NCBI GenBank assembly: GCA_963707555.1
Contig: CAVPQM010000002.1
Span: forward strand, 28,690-92,689
Direction: 5' to 3'
Origin: an uncultured Actinomycetota bacterium
GTDB lineage: Bacteria > Actinomycetota > Acidimicrobiia > Acidimicrobiales > Microtrichaceae
DNA: 64,000 bases
Part shown: piece by piece, positions 37,408 to 49,188 of the stretch
Position numbering within the stretch: the first letter of the stretch is position 1
Layout: each line of letters starts with the position of its first letter
The notes under the pieces: model-generated
Seen by the model: the letters and a program-made list of their open reading frames with translations, nothing else
Told to the model about the DNA's origin: nothing
Database searches by the model: none
Made by a program: the position numbers and the translations under genes

Positions 37408-37868
37408 ATGGCGAACGACATCAAAGGCATCGCAGGGCTCAAGGAGCTCGTAGGAACCCATCTCGGCACCTCCGACTGGCTCGAGATCACCCAGGAGCGG
37501 GTGAACACCTTCGCCGACGCGACCGGTGACCACCAGTGGATCCACGTCGACCCCGAGCGGCGCCAAGGACGGCCCGTTCGGCGGCACGATCGCCCACGGC
37601 TACCTGACCCTGTCGCTCGGTCCGGTCCTGTTCCCGTCGATCGCCACCGTCAGCGGCATCAAGATGGGCGTCAACTACGGCGCCGGCAAGGTCCGCTTCC
37701 TGTCGCCGGTCAAGGTCGGCGCCAACCTGCGTCTCGAGCGCCGAGCTGACCTCGCTCGAGGAGCTTCCCGGCAACGGCGCGCAGGTCTACATGACCTTCA
37801 CCTTCGAGATCGAGGGCAGCGAGAAGCCCGCCGCCGTCGCGGAGATCATCTTCCGCTACTACGAGTGA
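37408..37868 (+). CDS. MaoC-family (R)-hydratase/dehydratase (2 apparent frameshifts near 37560 and 37735)
   Basis: Piece 37408..37749 ([17 protein letters not shown]), piece 37526..37873 ([16 protein letters not shown] ... [15 protein letters not shown]), then the hand-translated tail [42 protein letters not shown], ending at TGA 37866-37868. Confidence 0.8.
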
Positions 37869-37900
37869 GCTGACCGGGCCTCGACCCCACGACCGTTGCG

Positions 37901-37924
37901 CTGCCGGCCTCTCGGGGCCGGCAG
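37901..37924 (+). terminator. Stem-loop downstream of the MaoC gene (9-bp GC stem)
   Basis: ctgccggcc, tctcgg, ggccggcag, 33 nt after the stop. Confidence 0.5.
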
Positions 37925-37980
37925 TGCCGCGTCCGGGCCGACGTCCGCGGCCACGCCGGTGTCCGCGCCCAGGAGCGCAG

Positions 37981-38150
37981 CCGGATCAGCGGCCGGATCA
38001 GCGGCGTGTGCAGCGTCTCAGGTGCAGACCGGTCCCGAGCGGATGCGGCCGTACGCTGATCGCCGTGTCGTCGCCAGTCCTCCCCCCGTCCGGCATCCGC
38101 CGGCCCCCAGCGACCGGGTCAACGGGGCCCGGGTCAACGGGGCCCGGGTC
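37981..38150. repeat. Two short tandem duplications in the hydrolase leader (12 bp x2 and 15 bp x2.3)
   Basis: ccggatcagcgg occurs twice (37981-38004). gggtcaacggggccc occurs twice, followed by gggtc (38116-38150). Confidence 0.7.
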
Positions 38151-38166
38151 GGCGGCTCGCCGGCCG

Positions 38167-39678
38167 ATGGTCGCGCTCGCCGCGCTGACGGCGGCGCTGC
38201 TGGTGCTGACCGGTTGCAGCGACGCGGAGCCGATCTCGTCCTCGGCGACCTCGCCGCCGCGACCCACCTCGACGACCGAACCGACGACCTCCGAGCCCGC
38301 CGAGGAACCCGAGACGGTCGCCGTGACGGGCATCCCCGACGACTGGACCCCCGCCCCGCTCGCCTGGGGTGCGTGCGAGGACCCGGCGATCACCGAGTGC
38401 ACGACGCTCGCCGTGCCGCTCGACTGGAGCGACGTGCAGGGCCCCACGATCGACCTGGCGCTGGGTCGGCAGCGAGCGTTGCGCGAACCGATCGGCCCGC
38501 TGATGATGAACCCCGGCGGGCCGGGCGCGTCGGGGCTCGAGTTCCTCTCGTACTCCCTCGTGTCGTCCGAGGTGCGCGACCGGTTCGACCTGGTCAGCTG
38601 GGACCCACGTGGTGTGGGCGCGTCGACCGCGGTGTCCTGCGGCGCGGGCTCCGCCGAGCTGTTCGCCCAGCGACCCCTCACCCGACGACGACGCCGAGAC
38701 CGCCGCCCTCGAGCCGGCGGCCGCCGCGCTGTCGAGCGAGTGCGCCGCCGACCTGGACCTGCTCGAACAGATCGGCACCTGGAACGTCGCCCGTGACATG
38801 GAGGCGATCCGCCGGGCGCTCGGCTCGCCGCCGCTCAACTACCTGGGCTTCTCCTACGGCACGCACATCGGCCAGGCCTACGCCGAGCTGTACCCCGACG
38901 AGATCCGAGCGATGGTGCTCGACGGCGTCGTCGACCCCGCACAGGGCTTCGCGGAGTTCCTGCTCGGCCAGACCGCGGCGTTCGACGCCGCGTTCGAACG
39001 CAACGCCGCGGCATGTGCCGCGGCGGGCCGAGCGGTCTGCGGCGTCGACGACCTGGGCGCGGCCTTCGACCAGGTGATGGCCCAGGTCGAGACCGCGCCG
39101 CTCGGGTCCGGGCGCACGCACCGTCGGACCCGGCGAGCTGGGCACCGCGGCGGTTGCGACCAGCTACCGCAACGACGGCTGGCGCGACCTGGGCCCGGCG
39201 CTGCGCAGGCGCGCTCGAGGGCGACGGTTCGTCACTGCGCCAGCTCGCGGAGTCCTACTACGACTTCGGCTCGTACGGTGCGTACGCCGGTGTCGTGTGC
39301 ACCGACAGCGCCCCGCCGCGGGGCGCCGAGGCGTTCCGTCAGTTCGCGGCGCAGGCCGAGGCACTGTCGCCACGCTTCGGCGCCGGTGTGGCGAACGAGA
39401 TGCTGCCCTGCGCCACCTGGCCGGCCGGACCGACGGGCGAACCGACGGCGATCACCGCCCCGGGCGCACCGCCGATCCTGGTGGTCGGCAACACCGGCGA
39501 CGCAGCGACGCCCTACGAGAACGCCGTCATCGTGGCCGATCGGCTGTCCTCCGGGGTGCTCGTCACCGCCGACATCGACGGCCACACCGCCTACGGGACC
39601 AACCAGTGCGTCACCGACGTCGTCGACGACTACCTGGTCCGCCTCGTCGTGCCGAGCAGCGACCCGCACTGCACCTGA
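38167..39678 (+). CDS. Secreted alpha/beta hydrolase lipoprotein, tripeptidyl-aminopeptidase (TAP)-like (at least 3 apparent frameshifts near 38670, 39115, 39210)
   Basis: Lipobox LLVLTGCS. NPGGPGASG, nucleophile elbow GFSYGTHIG, and the C-terminal TAP-like region PPILVVGNTGDAATPY ... GHTAYG. Pieces: 37924..38796, 38609..39733, 39013..39678. Confidence 0.75.
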
Positions 39679-39807
39679 GCCGCGGCCACGCGCCACCGCC
39701 GGGCTCGCCCTGTCGACGACCGGCGGCACGTAGCATCCGGGGCACGCTCTCCTTCGGGAGGGCCACCGGCCGGTCCACCGCCCGGTGGGACGGTCCGGGG
39801 GATCAAC

Positions 39808-41485
39808 GTGGAGTTCAACCTCGCTCAGGTGCACGAGGCCGTCGAGGCCGCCGTGCCGGATCGCGAGTGCATCGTGTTCCGCGACCGCCGGCTCAGCTAC
39901 GCCGAGGTCGGCGATCGGACCCGGCGACTCGCCAACGCGCTGCGCGACCGTGGCCTGGGACGCGTGGCTGAGCGCACCGACGTCGACGGCCGACCGCTGC
40001 TCGAGCGCCACGTCAGCGGTCAGGACCACGTCGCGCTCTACCTGCACAACGGCAACGAGTACCTCGAGGGGATGCTCGGCGCGTACAAGGCACGGATGGT
40101 GCCCTTCAACGTCAACTACCGCTACGTCGCCGAGGAGTTGGAGTACCTGCTGCGCGACGCCGGGGCGACGGCGATCGTGTTCCACTCCACGTTCGCCCGG
40201 ACGCTCGACGAGGTCCGCGACCGGCTGCCGGAGCTGCGCGGTCCTGTTGCAGGTGCGCGACGGCAGCGACGACACGCTGCTCGACGGTGCCGAGTGGTAC
40301 GAAGACGTGCTCGCCGCCAGCTCGAACCAACTCGACCAGGAGCTGCGCGACTCGTGGTCGCCCGACGACCTGTACATGCTCTGCACCGGCGGCACGACGG
40401 GGCTGCCCAAGGGCGTGCTGTGGCGCCAGGCCGACATCTTCGTCGGCGCCCTCGGCGGACGGCGCCTCGACAACCGCGAGGAGTGGACCTCGATCGACGA
40501 GATCGTCGCGACACGCGGCGAACGGCGGCATGCGGCTGGTCGCCGGCCCGCCGTTCATGCACGGCGCCGCGCACTGGATGGCCCTCAACGGCTTCACGAA
40601 CGCCAACACGATCCTGGTGCCCGGGGTGGTCGACCACCTCGACCCCGACGACGTGCTCGCGACTGATCGAGCGCGAGCAGGGCAACGTCCTGCTCATCGT
40701 CGGCGACGCCTTCGGCCGCCCGCTCGTCGAGGCGATGGAACGCGGCGACCACGAACTGTCGTCGCTGCTCGTCACGATCACCGGCGGCGCCGCGCTGTCG
40801 GCCGGGGTGAAGGAACGGCTGCTCGCCGCGGTGCCCACGATGATGGTGCATCGACGGTCTCGGCGCCTCCGAGACGGGTCAGCAGGCGAGCCAGCTCACC
40901 TCGGCGGGGCAATCGCGCGACGACGGGCACCTTCGAGCCCGGACCCGGCATGTGCATCCTGGACGAGTCCCTCACGCAGGTGCTGCCCGCGGGGCACGCC
41001 GAGACGGGCTGGCTCGCCCAGAGCGGACGGGTGCCGCTCGGCTACCTCGGCGACGCGGACAAGACCGCTGCGCACGTTCCCGACGATCGACGGCGTGCGC
41101 TACTCGGTGCCCGGCGATCGGGCCCGACTGACCGCGGACGGCGTGCTCGAGCTGTACGGCCGTGACTCGGTGACCATCAACTCCGGCGGCGAGAAGATCT
41201 TCGCCGAAGAGGTCGAACAGGCCGTGCTGGCCCACCCCTCGGTCGCCGACTGCCTGGTGGCGGGTCGACCCTCGGAGCGCTGGGGCCACGAGGTCGTGGC
41301 CGTCGTGCAGCTCGTCGACGGCGTCGAGGCCAGCGACGACGACCTGCTCGAGGAGGCCGCCCGCCACGTCGCCCGCTACAAGCTGCCCAAGCACGTCGTC
41401 CGCGTCGAGCCGGGTGCACCGGGCGCCGTCGGGCAAGGCCGACTACCGCTGGGCCCGGGACATTGCCGCGGGCGTCACCGACTGA
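39808..41485 (+). CDS. AMP-dependent acyl-CoA synthetase/ligase (about 7 apparent frameshifts)
   Basis: Pieces alternate among the frames of 39808..41538, 39785..40666 and 40287..41165. Motifs: YMLCTGGTTGLPKG, GPPFMHGAAHW, TITGGAALS, YSVPGDRARLTADGVLELYGRDSVTINSGGEKIF, ARYKLPK. The hand-translated end is HRAPSGKADYRWARDIAAGVTD, then TGA 41483-41485. Confidence 0.8.
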
Positions 41486-41524
41486 CACCGGTCGAAGGCC
41501 GCTCGGCGTCTCGCAGATGGACGC

Positions 41525-42809
41525 CTACTCGATCGTGAACGGCACCCGCGGGAGCAGATGCTGCTGCCCGTCGATGTCGACCGACGCGACGATCTCGTAG
41601 TCGCCCGGCGCCAGCGCGGGGTCGTCCGAGGTGTCCGCCGATGCGGTCGCAGCCGTCACGGTGATCTGGAGCGGTTCGCCGGGGCCCGCTGTCACCGGTG
41701 CCGGCAGCATCAGCCTGCTGAAGCGGACGACCTCGGCCCCGACGACCTCGTCGGTACCCGCCCGCACCACCACGCCGGCGACCGGCTCGATCGACGTCGG
41801 GGTCCACGCGAAGGTCCGATCCGAGCGCAGCTCGACGACCGCCTCGACGTCGTCGCCGCCCCGAACGGCGCCCGCGTGATCGACGTCCGCCGCCCCGACC
41901 GCCCCGGGTGGCGCCTGGCCGACCGGCACGATCGGGATGCCCGTGGGGAGCGCCGGCACCGTCGGGGTCGGGTCACCTGCGCAGCGCCGGAGGCTGCCGT
42001 CGGTGTCGCCCTGGTAGCGCTTCGCGCCGATGACGAACTGCGCCATGCCGGGGTGTGCGGCGGCGACGCGTTCGGCCAGGCCGATCTGGTCGGCGCGGCA
42101 GCTGGGCATGCAGTCCGTTCCACGAGGGCCCCGTCGAGAGCACACCACCGTCGGCGACCGCAGGGTCGGCATGCAGTTCGGCCTGCGCCGCCATCATCTC
42201 GGCGAGGGTCGACGGGGCGCCTCGCACGACGACCGAGTCCGGGTGGTCGACGGTTGCCCGTAGTGCGGTGAGGTGCGCACCGAGATCGGAGTCGTCCGCG
42301 AAGACGGCGACGACGAGCGATCCGCCGTCTGCGTTGTCGTACCCGCTGGCGACGACGTCGGGTTGCGCATCGGCGTAGGTCGTCACCTGCTGCTGCGTTG
42401 CGAGGAGCTCCTCCTGGGTGCGTCGGCGGGTCCCTGCCGTCATCGCTTCGGACAGATCGAACCCGATCGGCATCGGGGGTCGGCAGTGGATCGCCGGACC
42501 GAGCTCGACTCCCTCTCGCGGCGACGGATCGACGGCGGGCTCGGTCGATGTCGTGTGGCCCGTCGAGGCCAGTTCGCTGCGGTCCGGTCCGTCGTCTCGT
42601 GACACGAACGCTGCCGCGCCGACGACCACCACGAGCGCCGCCGTGACGCCGACGACCGAACGGGCTGCGCGTCGCCGCACCCGGCGGCGATGCCCAGCTC
42701 CCAGCTCCGCGACCGTCGGCGTCGGTGTCGCCGCCGAGTCGACCCGCACGCGCTGCGCCGCGGCGTCCAGCGCCGGATCGTGCTCGTCGATCCCCGATCC
42801 GTCGTTCAT
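41525..42809 (-). CDS. Putative anti-sigma factor / single-pass membrane protein with a large extracytoplasmic domain (1 apparent frameshift near 42120)
   Basis: ATG 42809 overlaps the ECF sigma stop (ATGA). A short N-terminus and TM (VVGVTAALVVVVGAAAFV) are followed by about 350 aa outside. Pieces: frame of 41973..43322, then 41525..42172. The role is inferred from position only; no ZAS motif is seen. Confidence 0.45.
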
Positions 42810-43322
42810 GTCGCCTCCAGCGTCGGTTCGCCGAAGCGGTCCACTCTGGACCGCAGCGTGCGCAGACCCCGGTGCAGGTGCACCCGGACCGTCGCCGCCG
42901 AACAACCGAGCAGATCGGCGATCTCGGCGGCGTCCAACCCGTCGACGTGACGCAGCACGACGCACTGCGCCTGTCGCGCCGGCAGCCGGCGGACCTCGTC
43001 CCAGAGCGCGTCGTCGACTTCGGGGCCGGGTGTGGAGCCGTCGTCGACGACGAGCGAGCCCGCACGGCCGATCACCCCCATCACCCGGAGCTCGACCCGT
43101 CGACGGCGCAGGTGCGAGACCGAGCCGTTGATGACCACCGCGACGAACCCATGCACCTGGGCGATCGAGGGCGCCGACGTGACCCCAGCGGCGGTGTGCC
43201 GCGAAGAACGCCTCCTGGGTCAGCTCCTCGGCGGCACCGCCACGACCCACCAATGCGGTGGCCACGGCGAGCACCGGTGCCCACTCCCTGGCCATCAACT
43301 CGTCGAACGACTCCTCGGACAT
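42806..43322 (-). CDS. ECF-type RNA polymerase sigma-70 factor (1 apparent frameshift near 43150)
   Basis: N-terminus from ORF 41973..43322 (region 2: AEELTQEAFFAAHRRW ... RPGAWV), joined to 42806..43156 (region 4: LPARQAQCVVLRHVDGLDAAEIADLLGCSAATVRVHLHRGLRTLR). Confidence 0.75.
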
Positions 43323-43417
43323 GCACCCCTCACACGCCCGGAGCCCGCCGACCGTTTACCCGACGCAGCCGATCCCCCGGATCGGACCCGTGACGGCACC
43401 GTCATTAGTCTGGCCGG

Positions 43418-44175
43418 GTGAACACCGCCGAGACGTCTCCCCGTGACCGGACCGACAGCCAGGACCTGATCCCGCGAGCGGGTGACCCGCTGCCGACCGG
43501 CGAGGACAAGACCCGCTCGGTCCAGGCGATGTTCGACGTCATCGCCCCCCGCTACGACCTGGTCAACCGGGTGATGACGTTCCGCATGGACGTCGGCTGG
43601 CGACGCCGCACCGTCTCCGCGCTCGGCCTGCCGCCGGGCTGCTCGGTGCTCGACCTGGCCTGCGGCACCGGCGACCTGGCGGCCGATCTCGAGGACCGTG
43701 GCCTGTTCCCCATCGGCGTGGACCTGAGCTTCGGCATGCTCGCCGCGGCGCCTCGACCGTTCGCCCGGCTGCAGGCCGACGGCGCAGCGCTGCCGCTGCC
43801 GGACGCGTCGGTCGACGGCGCCACGTGCGGGTTCGCCCTGCGGAACTTCATCGACCTGACCGCGACCTTCGCCGAGCTCGCCCGCATCGTGCGCCCCGGC
43901 GGCCGCATCGCGCTGCTCGAGGTCGCCACACCGCCCAACCCGGTGCTGCGCTTCGGCCACGGCATCTACTTCGGCCAGGTCGTGCCGACGGATCGGCGGG
44001 CTGCTCTCCGACGGCAACGCCTACCGCTACCTGCCCCGGTCGGTCGCCTACCTGCCCGAGCCCGACGAGATGCTCTCGACGCTCGAGCTCGCTCGGCTTC
44101 CGCGACGTGCGACGGACGCTGCTGTCGGTCGGCATCGCGCAGCTGATCACCGCGACCCGGGAACCATCGGAGTGA
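43418..44175 (+). CDS. menG: Demethylmenaquinone methyltransferase (2 apparent frameshifts near 43990 and 44085)
   Basis: VQAMFDVIAPRYDLVNRVMTFRMDVGWRR, VLDLACGTGD, FALRNFIDL, RPGGRIALLE. The tail is in other frames: RIGGLLSDGNAYRYLPRSVAYLPEPDEM, then GFRDVRRTLLSVGIAQLITA. Confidence 0.85.
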
Positions 44176-45397
44176 GCCGACCGGACCGGCCGCAGGGCGA
44201 CGTCGGTCCCTGCGGATCTGGATCCCGGTGAACCGCCGCCGGGCCACCCGGTCGCGGCGTTCCGCTCACCGCGTCGCGGGCTGTGGGGTCACGGCGAGGC
44301 GCTGCGCATCGACGTGCCGCGCCCTGGCCCGAGCACGTCGGCGTCGTCGCCGACACCCTCGCCGAGCTGCGCGGTCGCGACGACGTGTCGACCCCAGGCT
44401 CCGGCCCCGTCGCCTTCGCCGCCCTGCCGTTCGACCCGACGTCAGCTGCGCAGTTCGTCGTGCCGGCGGTGGTGCACGGCCACACCGCCGAGGGCACCCG
44501 CTGGATCACCACGGTCGGCACGTCCGACGACGCGGCAGGCCTCCCCCACCCCGAGCCGCGCCCGGCGACGGCGCCCGCCGCGATCACCGTGGCGTCGACC
44601 GTGCCCGACGAGCAGTGGTGCGCCGCGGTGGAGCTCGCCACCGAGCGCATCCGAGCGGGCCAGCTCACCAAGGTCGTGCTCGCCCGGGCGCTGCAGATCG
44701 ACGCCGACGAGCCCATCGATGCGCGCCTCGCTGCTGTCCCGGCTGCGCCGCCAGTACCCCGCCGCCATGACCTTCGCCGTCGACGGCTTCGTCGGCGCCA
44801 GCCCCGAGCTGCTCGTCTCACGCGTCGGCGACGTCGTCCGGGCCCAGCCGATGGCCGGCACCACGCCCCGCACCGGCGAACCCGAGGCCGATCAGCGCCG
44901 CGGCCGGCGAGCTGCTGTCGTCGGAGAAGAACCGCCAGGAGCACCAGATCACGATCGACATGGTGCACGACACGCTGCTGCCGTGGTGCTGCTTCCTCGA
45001 CGCCGAGCCGTCGCCGTCGGTCGTGCCCGCCGGGCCGGTCCAGCACCTGGCGAGCATCGTCGAGGGCCGCCTGTCGCACCCGACGCCGTCGGTGCTCGAC
45101 CTGGTCGCGGCCCTGCACCCCACCCCAGCGGTCGGCGGGTGGCCGCGCGCCGAGGCGCTCGCGCTGATCGACGAGCTCGAGCACGTCGACCGGGGCCGCT
45201 ACGCCGGCCCCGTCGGCTGGGTCGACGCCGAGGGGAACGGCGCGTGGGCGGTCGGGATCCGCTCGGTGCAGCTCGACGGCCGCACCGCCCGGCTGTTCGC
45301 CGGCGTCGGCGTCGTCGAGGACTCCGACGCGCTCGCCGAGCTCGAGGAGACCCGCTCGAAGGCCCAGGCGCTGCTCGGCTCGATCGTCCGCCTCTGA
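44172..45397 (+). CDS. menF: Isochorismate synthase (3-4 apparent frameshifts; start uncertain)
   Basis: Pieces in three frames: GLWGHGEALRIDVP (near 44270), ERIRAGQLTKVVLARAL (44283 frame), FAVDGFVGASPELLVSR (44314 frame), and LHPTPAVGGWPRAEALALIDELEHVDRGRYAGPVGWVDAEGNGAWAVGIRS (44960..45397). GTG 44172 overlapping the menG stop is a guess. Confidence 0.8.
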
Positions 45398-45434
45398 GGC
45401 AGCCTCACCGACCCGGCTGGGGTCCGCCCGCGAG

Positions 45435-47281
45435 TCAGTCGGCGAGCTCGTGCGCCGCGAGCGCTGCCGACACCGCACGGTGCAGCTCCCGGTGCAGCAC
45501 CACGTTGAGCTCCCGGTCGCTGTCGACGACCACGACGCGGGTGCCACCGCGGGTGAGCGCACCGGCGACCGCGGCCTGCACGCCAGCCCGGGTCGACACC
45601 CGCTCCGCGCGGGATGCCGTGCGCCTGCGAGAGTGCGCACAGGTCGACGCCGTGGGGCGTGCCGAAGAGCGTCTCGAACGTCGCGTCGTCGAGCACCTCG
45701 TGCTGGCCGAGGAACGAGAAGATCCCGCCGCCGTCGTTGTCGACGACCACGACGACCAGGTCGACCCGGCGCCGCGCCAGGCCCAGCAGCCCGTTGGTGT
45801 CGTGCAGGAACGCGACGTCGCCGATCAGCAGACGCGGTCGGTGCGCCGTTCAGCGCCACGCCGACCGCGGTCGACACGACGCCGTCGATGCCGTTCGCTC
45901 CCCGGTTGGCGAACACCTGCAGCCCCGAGCGGGCGGCCGCGTACCACTCCAGGTCACGCACCGGCATCGATGACGAGACGACCATCCGGGCGCCGTCGGG
46001 CAGCATCGCGGCCAGGTCGACCGCGGTCGCGGGTTCGGTCGCGTCGCCGTGTCGGGTGAGCACACGCCCGATCGCACGACGGGCGGTCGCGTCGGCGTCG
46101 ATCCAGTGCTCGAGCCACTCCGTCGGCGCGGGTGCCGGCGCCACGGAGCGGAGCTGGTCGCAGACCATCGCCACCTCGGCGGTCAGCGGCCGCGTGATCA
46201 CGCCGTCGGGGTCGGCGGGTGGCCCGAACGGGTCGACGCCCAGCTGGTAGGCGCCCGACGTCGCCAGGAACCGAGCGAGCTCCTTCGAGCTGAGCAGACC
46301 CCCGAGGCGGATCACGACCTCGGGTCGGGCCGCGTCGGCGAAGGACTCGTCGCGCACGAGCGAGTCGAACGTGGTGACGACGCCCGGATGGTCGACACGA
46401 ACGCCGGAGGACGCGTCGGCGAGCACCGGCCAACCGAGCGCGTCGGCCAGCGCGTCGACCGCCGCAGCCTCGCCGTCGTCGCGGCTGGCGCGAACGCCCG
46501 CGACGATGACGCCGCGGCGACCGCCGACGACGGCGGCCAGCTCGGCCAACGCCTCGTCGGTGAGACCCCACGAGGGACCCTCGGGCACGGCGGGCAGCTC
46601 GGTGCGTTCCTCGGGCAACTCCCCGACCTGACCCAGCAGCGGTTCACGGAAGGCGAGGTCCAGATGGACCGGCCCCGGTCGCGGCCCGCCGCAGCGCACC
46701 CACGAGTCACGGGCCAGGTCGCGCCACCACGGCGCACCACCCGCCGCAGGGGCACCCGGCTCGCAGTACCACCGCACGGCGGAGCCGTAGAGCTCACGCT
46801 GGTCGATGGTCTGCGGTGCCCCGACCCCGTGCAGCTCAGGTGGCCGATCGGCGGTGAGGACCAGCAGCGGCACGTAGGCCTGGTGCGCCTCGACCACCGC
46901 CGGGTGGAACTCGGCCGCTGCGGTGCCGCTGGTGCACAGCACGATCGTCGGTCGTCTCGACACCAGACTCAGGCCGAGCGCCATGAACGCCGCGGAGCGC
47001 TCGTCGTGGTGCACGTGCAGGGTGACTCGATCATCTGCGAGCAGTGCGACCGCCATCGGCGTCGAGCGGGAGCCGGGCGACACGACGGCGTCCGTCAGAC
47101 CGAGGCGACACCACTCGTCGACGAGCGTCGCGCAGTAGGTGGCGGCGATGTCCCCCTCGGTCGGCGCGTCGGTCGACGGTTCGGTCGGAGCCGCCGGCGC
47201 GTCACCGCCCGCAGGCGCAGCGCCCTGCACGAGCGGGTCCGGGGCGGGGGGAACGGGATCGGGCGGGGTCAGGTCTGCCAT
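45435..47281 (-). CDS. menD: SEPHCHC synthase MenD (2-3 apparent frameshifts near 45835 and 45615)
   Basis: N-terminal 480 aa of ORF 44147..47281 (VVSPGSRSTPMAVAL, LCTSGTAAAEFHPAVVEA, VLTADRPPEL). Then 45199..45750 (VVDNDGGGIFSFL). The hand-translated end is VVVDSDRELNVVLHRELHRAVSAALAAHELAD, then TGA 45435-45437. A Pro/Ala-rich extension of about 45 aa precedes the conserved core. Confidence 0.88.
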
Positions 47282-47307
47282 GAGCGGCGCTCAGCCTACG
47301 GTGTGCG

Positions 47308-48123
47308 GTGGTGAGCACCGAAGCCGTCCACCCTGCGTCGAGCACCACCCTCGCGTTCACCGAGGTCACCTCGGCCTCCGAGGGGTCGAGCACCGAGGCA
47401 TCGGCACGGCCGATCACGGTGGTGCACGGGTTCGCACAGAACCGCGACTGCCTCGGACCGCTGCGCGACGCGCTCGCAGCGGTCGCCCCGGTGCGGGCCG
47501 TCGACGCCCCCGGCCACGGTGGATCCGCGGCGCACGCCGGCGCCGACCTGTGGGCGGGCGCCGAGCTGCTCGCCGCGACCTGCGGCACGACCGAGCTGGT
47601 CGGTTACTCGATGGGAGCCCGCCTGGCGTTGCACGCCGCGCTCGCCGCACCGTCGCAGATCTCGTCACTGGTGCTCATCGGCGGCACCGCCGGCATCGAC
47701 GACGACGCCGAGCGGGCCGCACGACGGGCGGGTGACGAACAGCTCGCCCGACGCCTCGAAGCGGACGGGCTCGAACGGTTCGTCGAGGAGTGGCTCGCCC
47801 TGCCGATGTTCGCCGGACTGCCGACCTGGGCGCGCTTCGACGAGCAGCGACGGTCGAACACCGCCGAGGGGCTCGCCGCCAGCCTGCGCCGGGCGGGCAC
47901 GGGCGCCATGGAGCCGCTGTGGGCGCGCCTCGGCGAGATCCGCTGCCCAGTGCTGTGCGTCACCGGCGAGCACGACGAGCGCTACGGGGCACTCGCCCGA
48001 CGCATCGTCGGCGGCGTCGGCGGTCCGGCCGAGCACGTCGTGATCCACGGCGCGGGCCATGCCGCGCACCTGGAGCGGCCCGAGGCGACCTGCGACGCCG
48101 TGGCGGCGTTCCTCGGGAGTTGA
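47308..48123 (+). CDS. menH: Alpha/beta hydrolase, probable SHCHC synthase MenH
   Basis: Intact 271-aa ORF with nucleophile elbow GYSMGARLA and C-terminal HGAGHAAHLE. The assignment rests on the fold plus its position in the men cluster. Confidence 0.6.
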   Translation: MVSTEAVHPASSTTLAFTEVTSASEGSSTEASARPITVVHGFAQNRDCLGPLRDALAAVAPVRAVDAPGHGGSAAHAGADLWAGAELLAATCGTTELVGYSMGARLALHAALAAPSQISSLVLIGGTAGIDDDAERAARRAGDEQLARRLEADGLERFVEEWLALPMFAGLPTWARFDEQRRSNTAEGLAASLRRAGTGAMEPLWARLGEIRCPVLCVTGEHDERYGALARRIVGGVGGPAEHVVIHGAGHAAHLERPEATCDAVAAFLGS

Positions 48124-48126
48124 GGC

Positions 48127-49176
48127 TCAGGCGCTGACGAACAGGCCGATCGCGAGCAGCAGCGCGTAGACGATCTGCACCTGACCGGTGCGGGCGAGCA
48201 CGGGGATGAGTCCGGCACCCTTCGCACCGCCGAGCACCAGCGTGACGGCCTTGCGAGCCGGCAGGATCGACACGAGAGCCAGCGCCCCGAGCAGCCGACC
48301 GCTGGCGCCCGCCAGGAACGGCACCATCAGCATCGGGGTGACCAGCAGCACGATGTAGAGCATCCGGGTGTTGCGGTCCCCCATCCGCACCGCCAGCGTG
48401 CGCTTGCCCGCGACGGTGTCGCCGGGGATGTCGCGCAGGTTGTTCACCACCAGCAGCGCGGTCGACAGGCAGCCCATCGCCACGCCGCAGCCGATGGCGA
48501 GCCACGAGATCGACAGCGTCTGCACGTAGTACGAGCCCACCGTCGCGACCAGGCCGAAGAAGACGAACACGAACGCCTCGCCGAAGCCTGCATAGCCGTA
48601 GGGGCGCGACCCACCCGTGTAGAACCAACCCGCCGCGATCGCGGCGAGGCCGACCAGCACCAACTTCCAGTCGACCCAGATCACCAGCGGCAGCCCGCAC
48701 AGCGCGGTGAGGCCGAACGAGATCAACATCGCCCGTTTGACCTCGCCAGGGGTGGCCAGTCCGTTGCCGACCAGCCGCGGGGGCCCGACGCGGGCGCCCG
48801 GGTCGTCGGTGCCCCGCTTCCCGTCGGAGTAGTCGTTCGCGTAGTTGGTGGCGATCTGGACGAACAGCGCGACGCCCAGCGCGCACAGGAAGGTCCAGAG
48901 GGTCAGGCCCTTGAGCAGGTCGCTGCCGAGCGGGTCGGAGGTCGCGAACCCGGCTCGAAGGCCGCTGGTCCGCCCCGATGCGAGGCACTGCAGCGTGTGC
49001 GCCACCGACTCCGCGTTGCTGGCGCTGCCCGTCAACGGCCCGCAGTCACCCGCGGCCGCAGCGGTGCCCACCAGGACCGGGGCGATCGCGGCGGGCAGCG
49101 TCCGGGGGCGGGCCCCGAGGATCCAACGGCGCCAGTCGGTCGGGAGCGCAGCGCCGCGGGGCGTGGAGTCGGTCAT
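48127..49176 (-). CDS. menA: 1,4-dihydroxy-2-naphthoate polyprenyltransferase
   Basis: Intact 349-aa multi-TM ORF with UbiA-family motifs NYANDYSDGKRG and NNLRDIPGDTVAGKRTLAV. Confidence 0.88.
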   Translation of the reverse strand: MTDSTPRGAALPTDWRRWILGARPRTLPAAIAPVLVGTAAAAGDCGPLTGSASNAESVAHTLQCLASGRTSGLRAGFATSDPLGSDLLKGLTLWTFLCALGVALFVQIATNYANDYSDGKRGTDDPGARVGPPRLVGNGLATPGEVKRAMLISFGLTALCGLPLVIWVDWKLVLVGLAAIAAGWFYTGGSRPYGYAGFGEAFVFVFFGLVATVGSYYVQTLSISWLAIGCGVAMGCLSTALLVVNNLRDIPGDTVAGKRTLAVRMGDRNTRMLYIVLLVTPMLMVPFLAGASGRLLGALALVSILPARKAVTLVLGGAKGAGLIPVLARTGQVQIVYALLLAIGLFVSA

Positions 49177-49188
49177 CGGGCAGCGATG

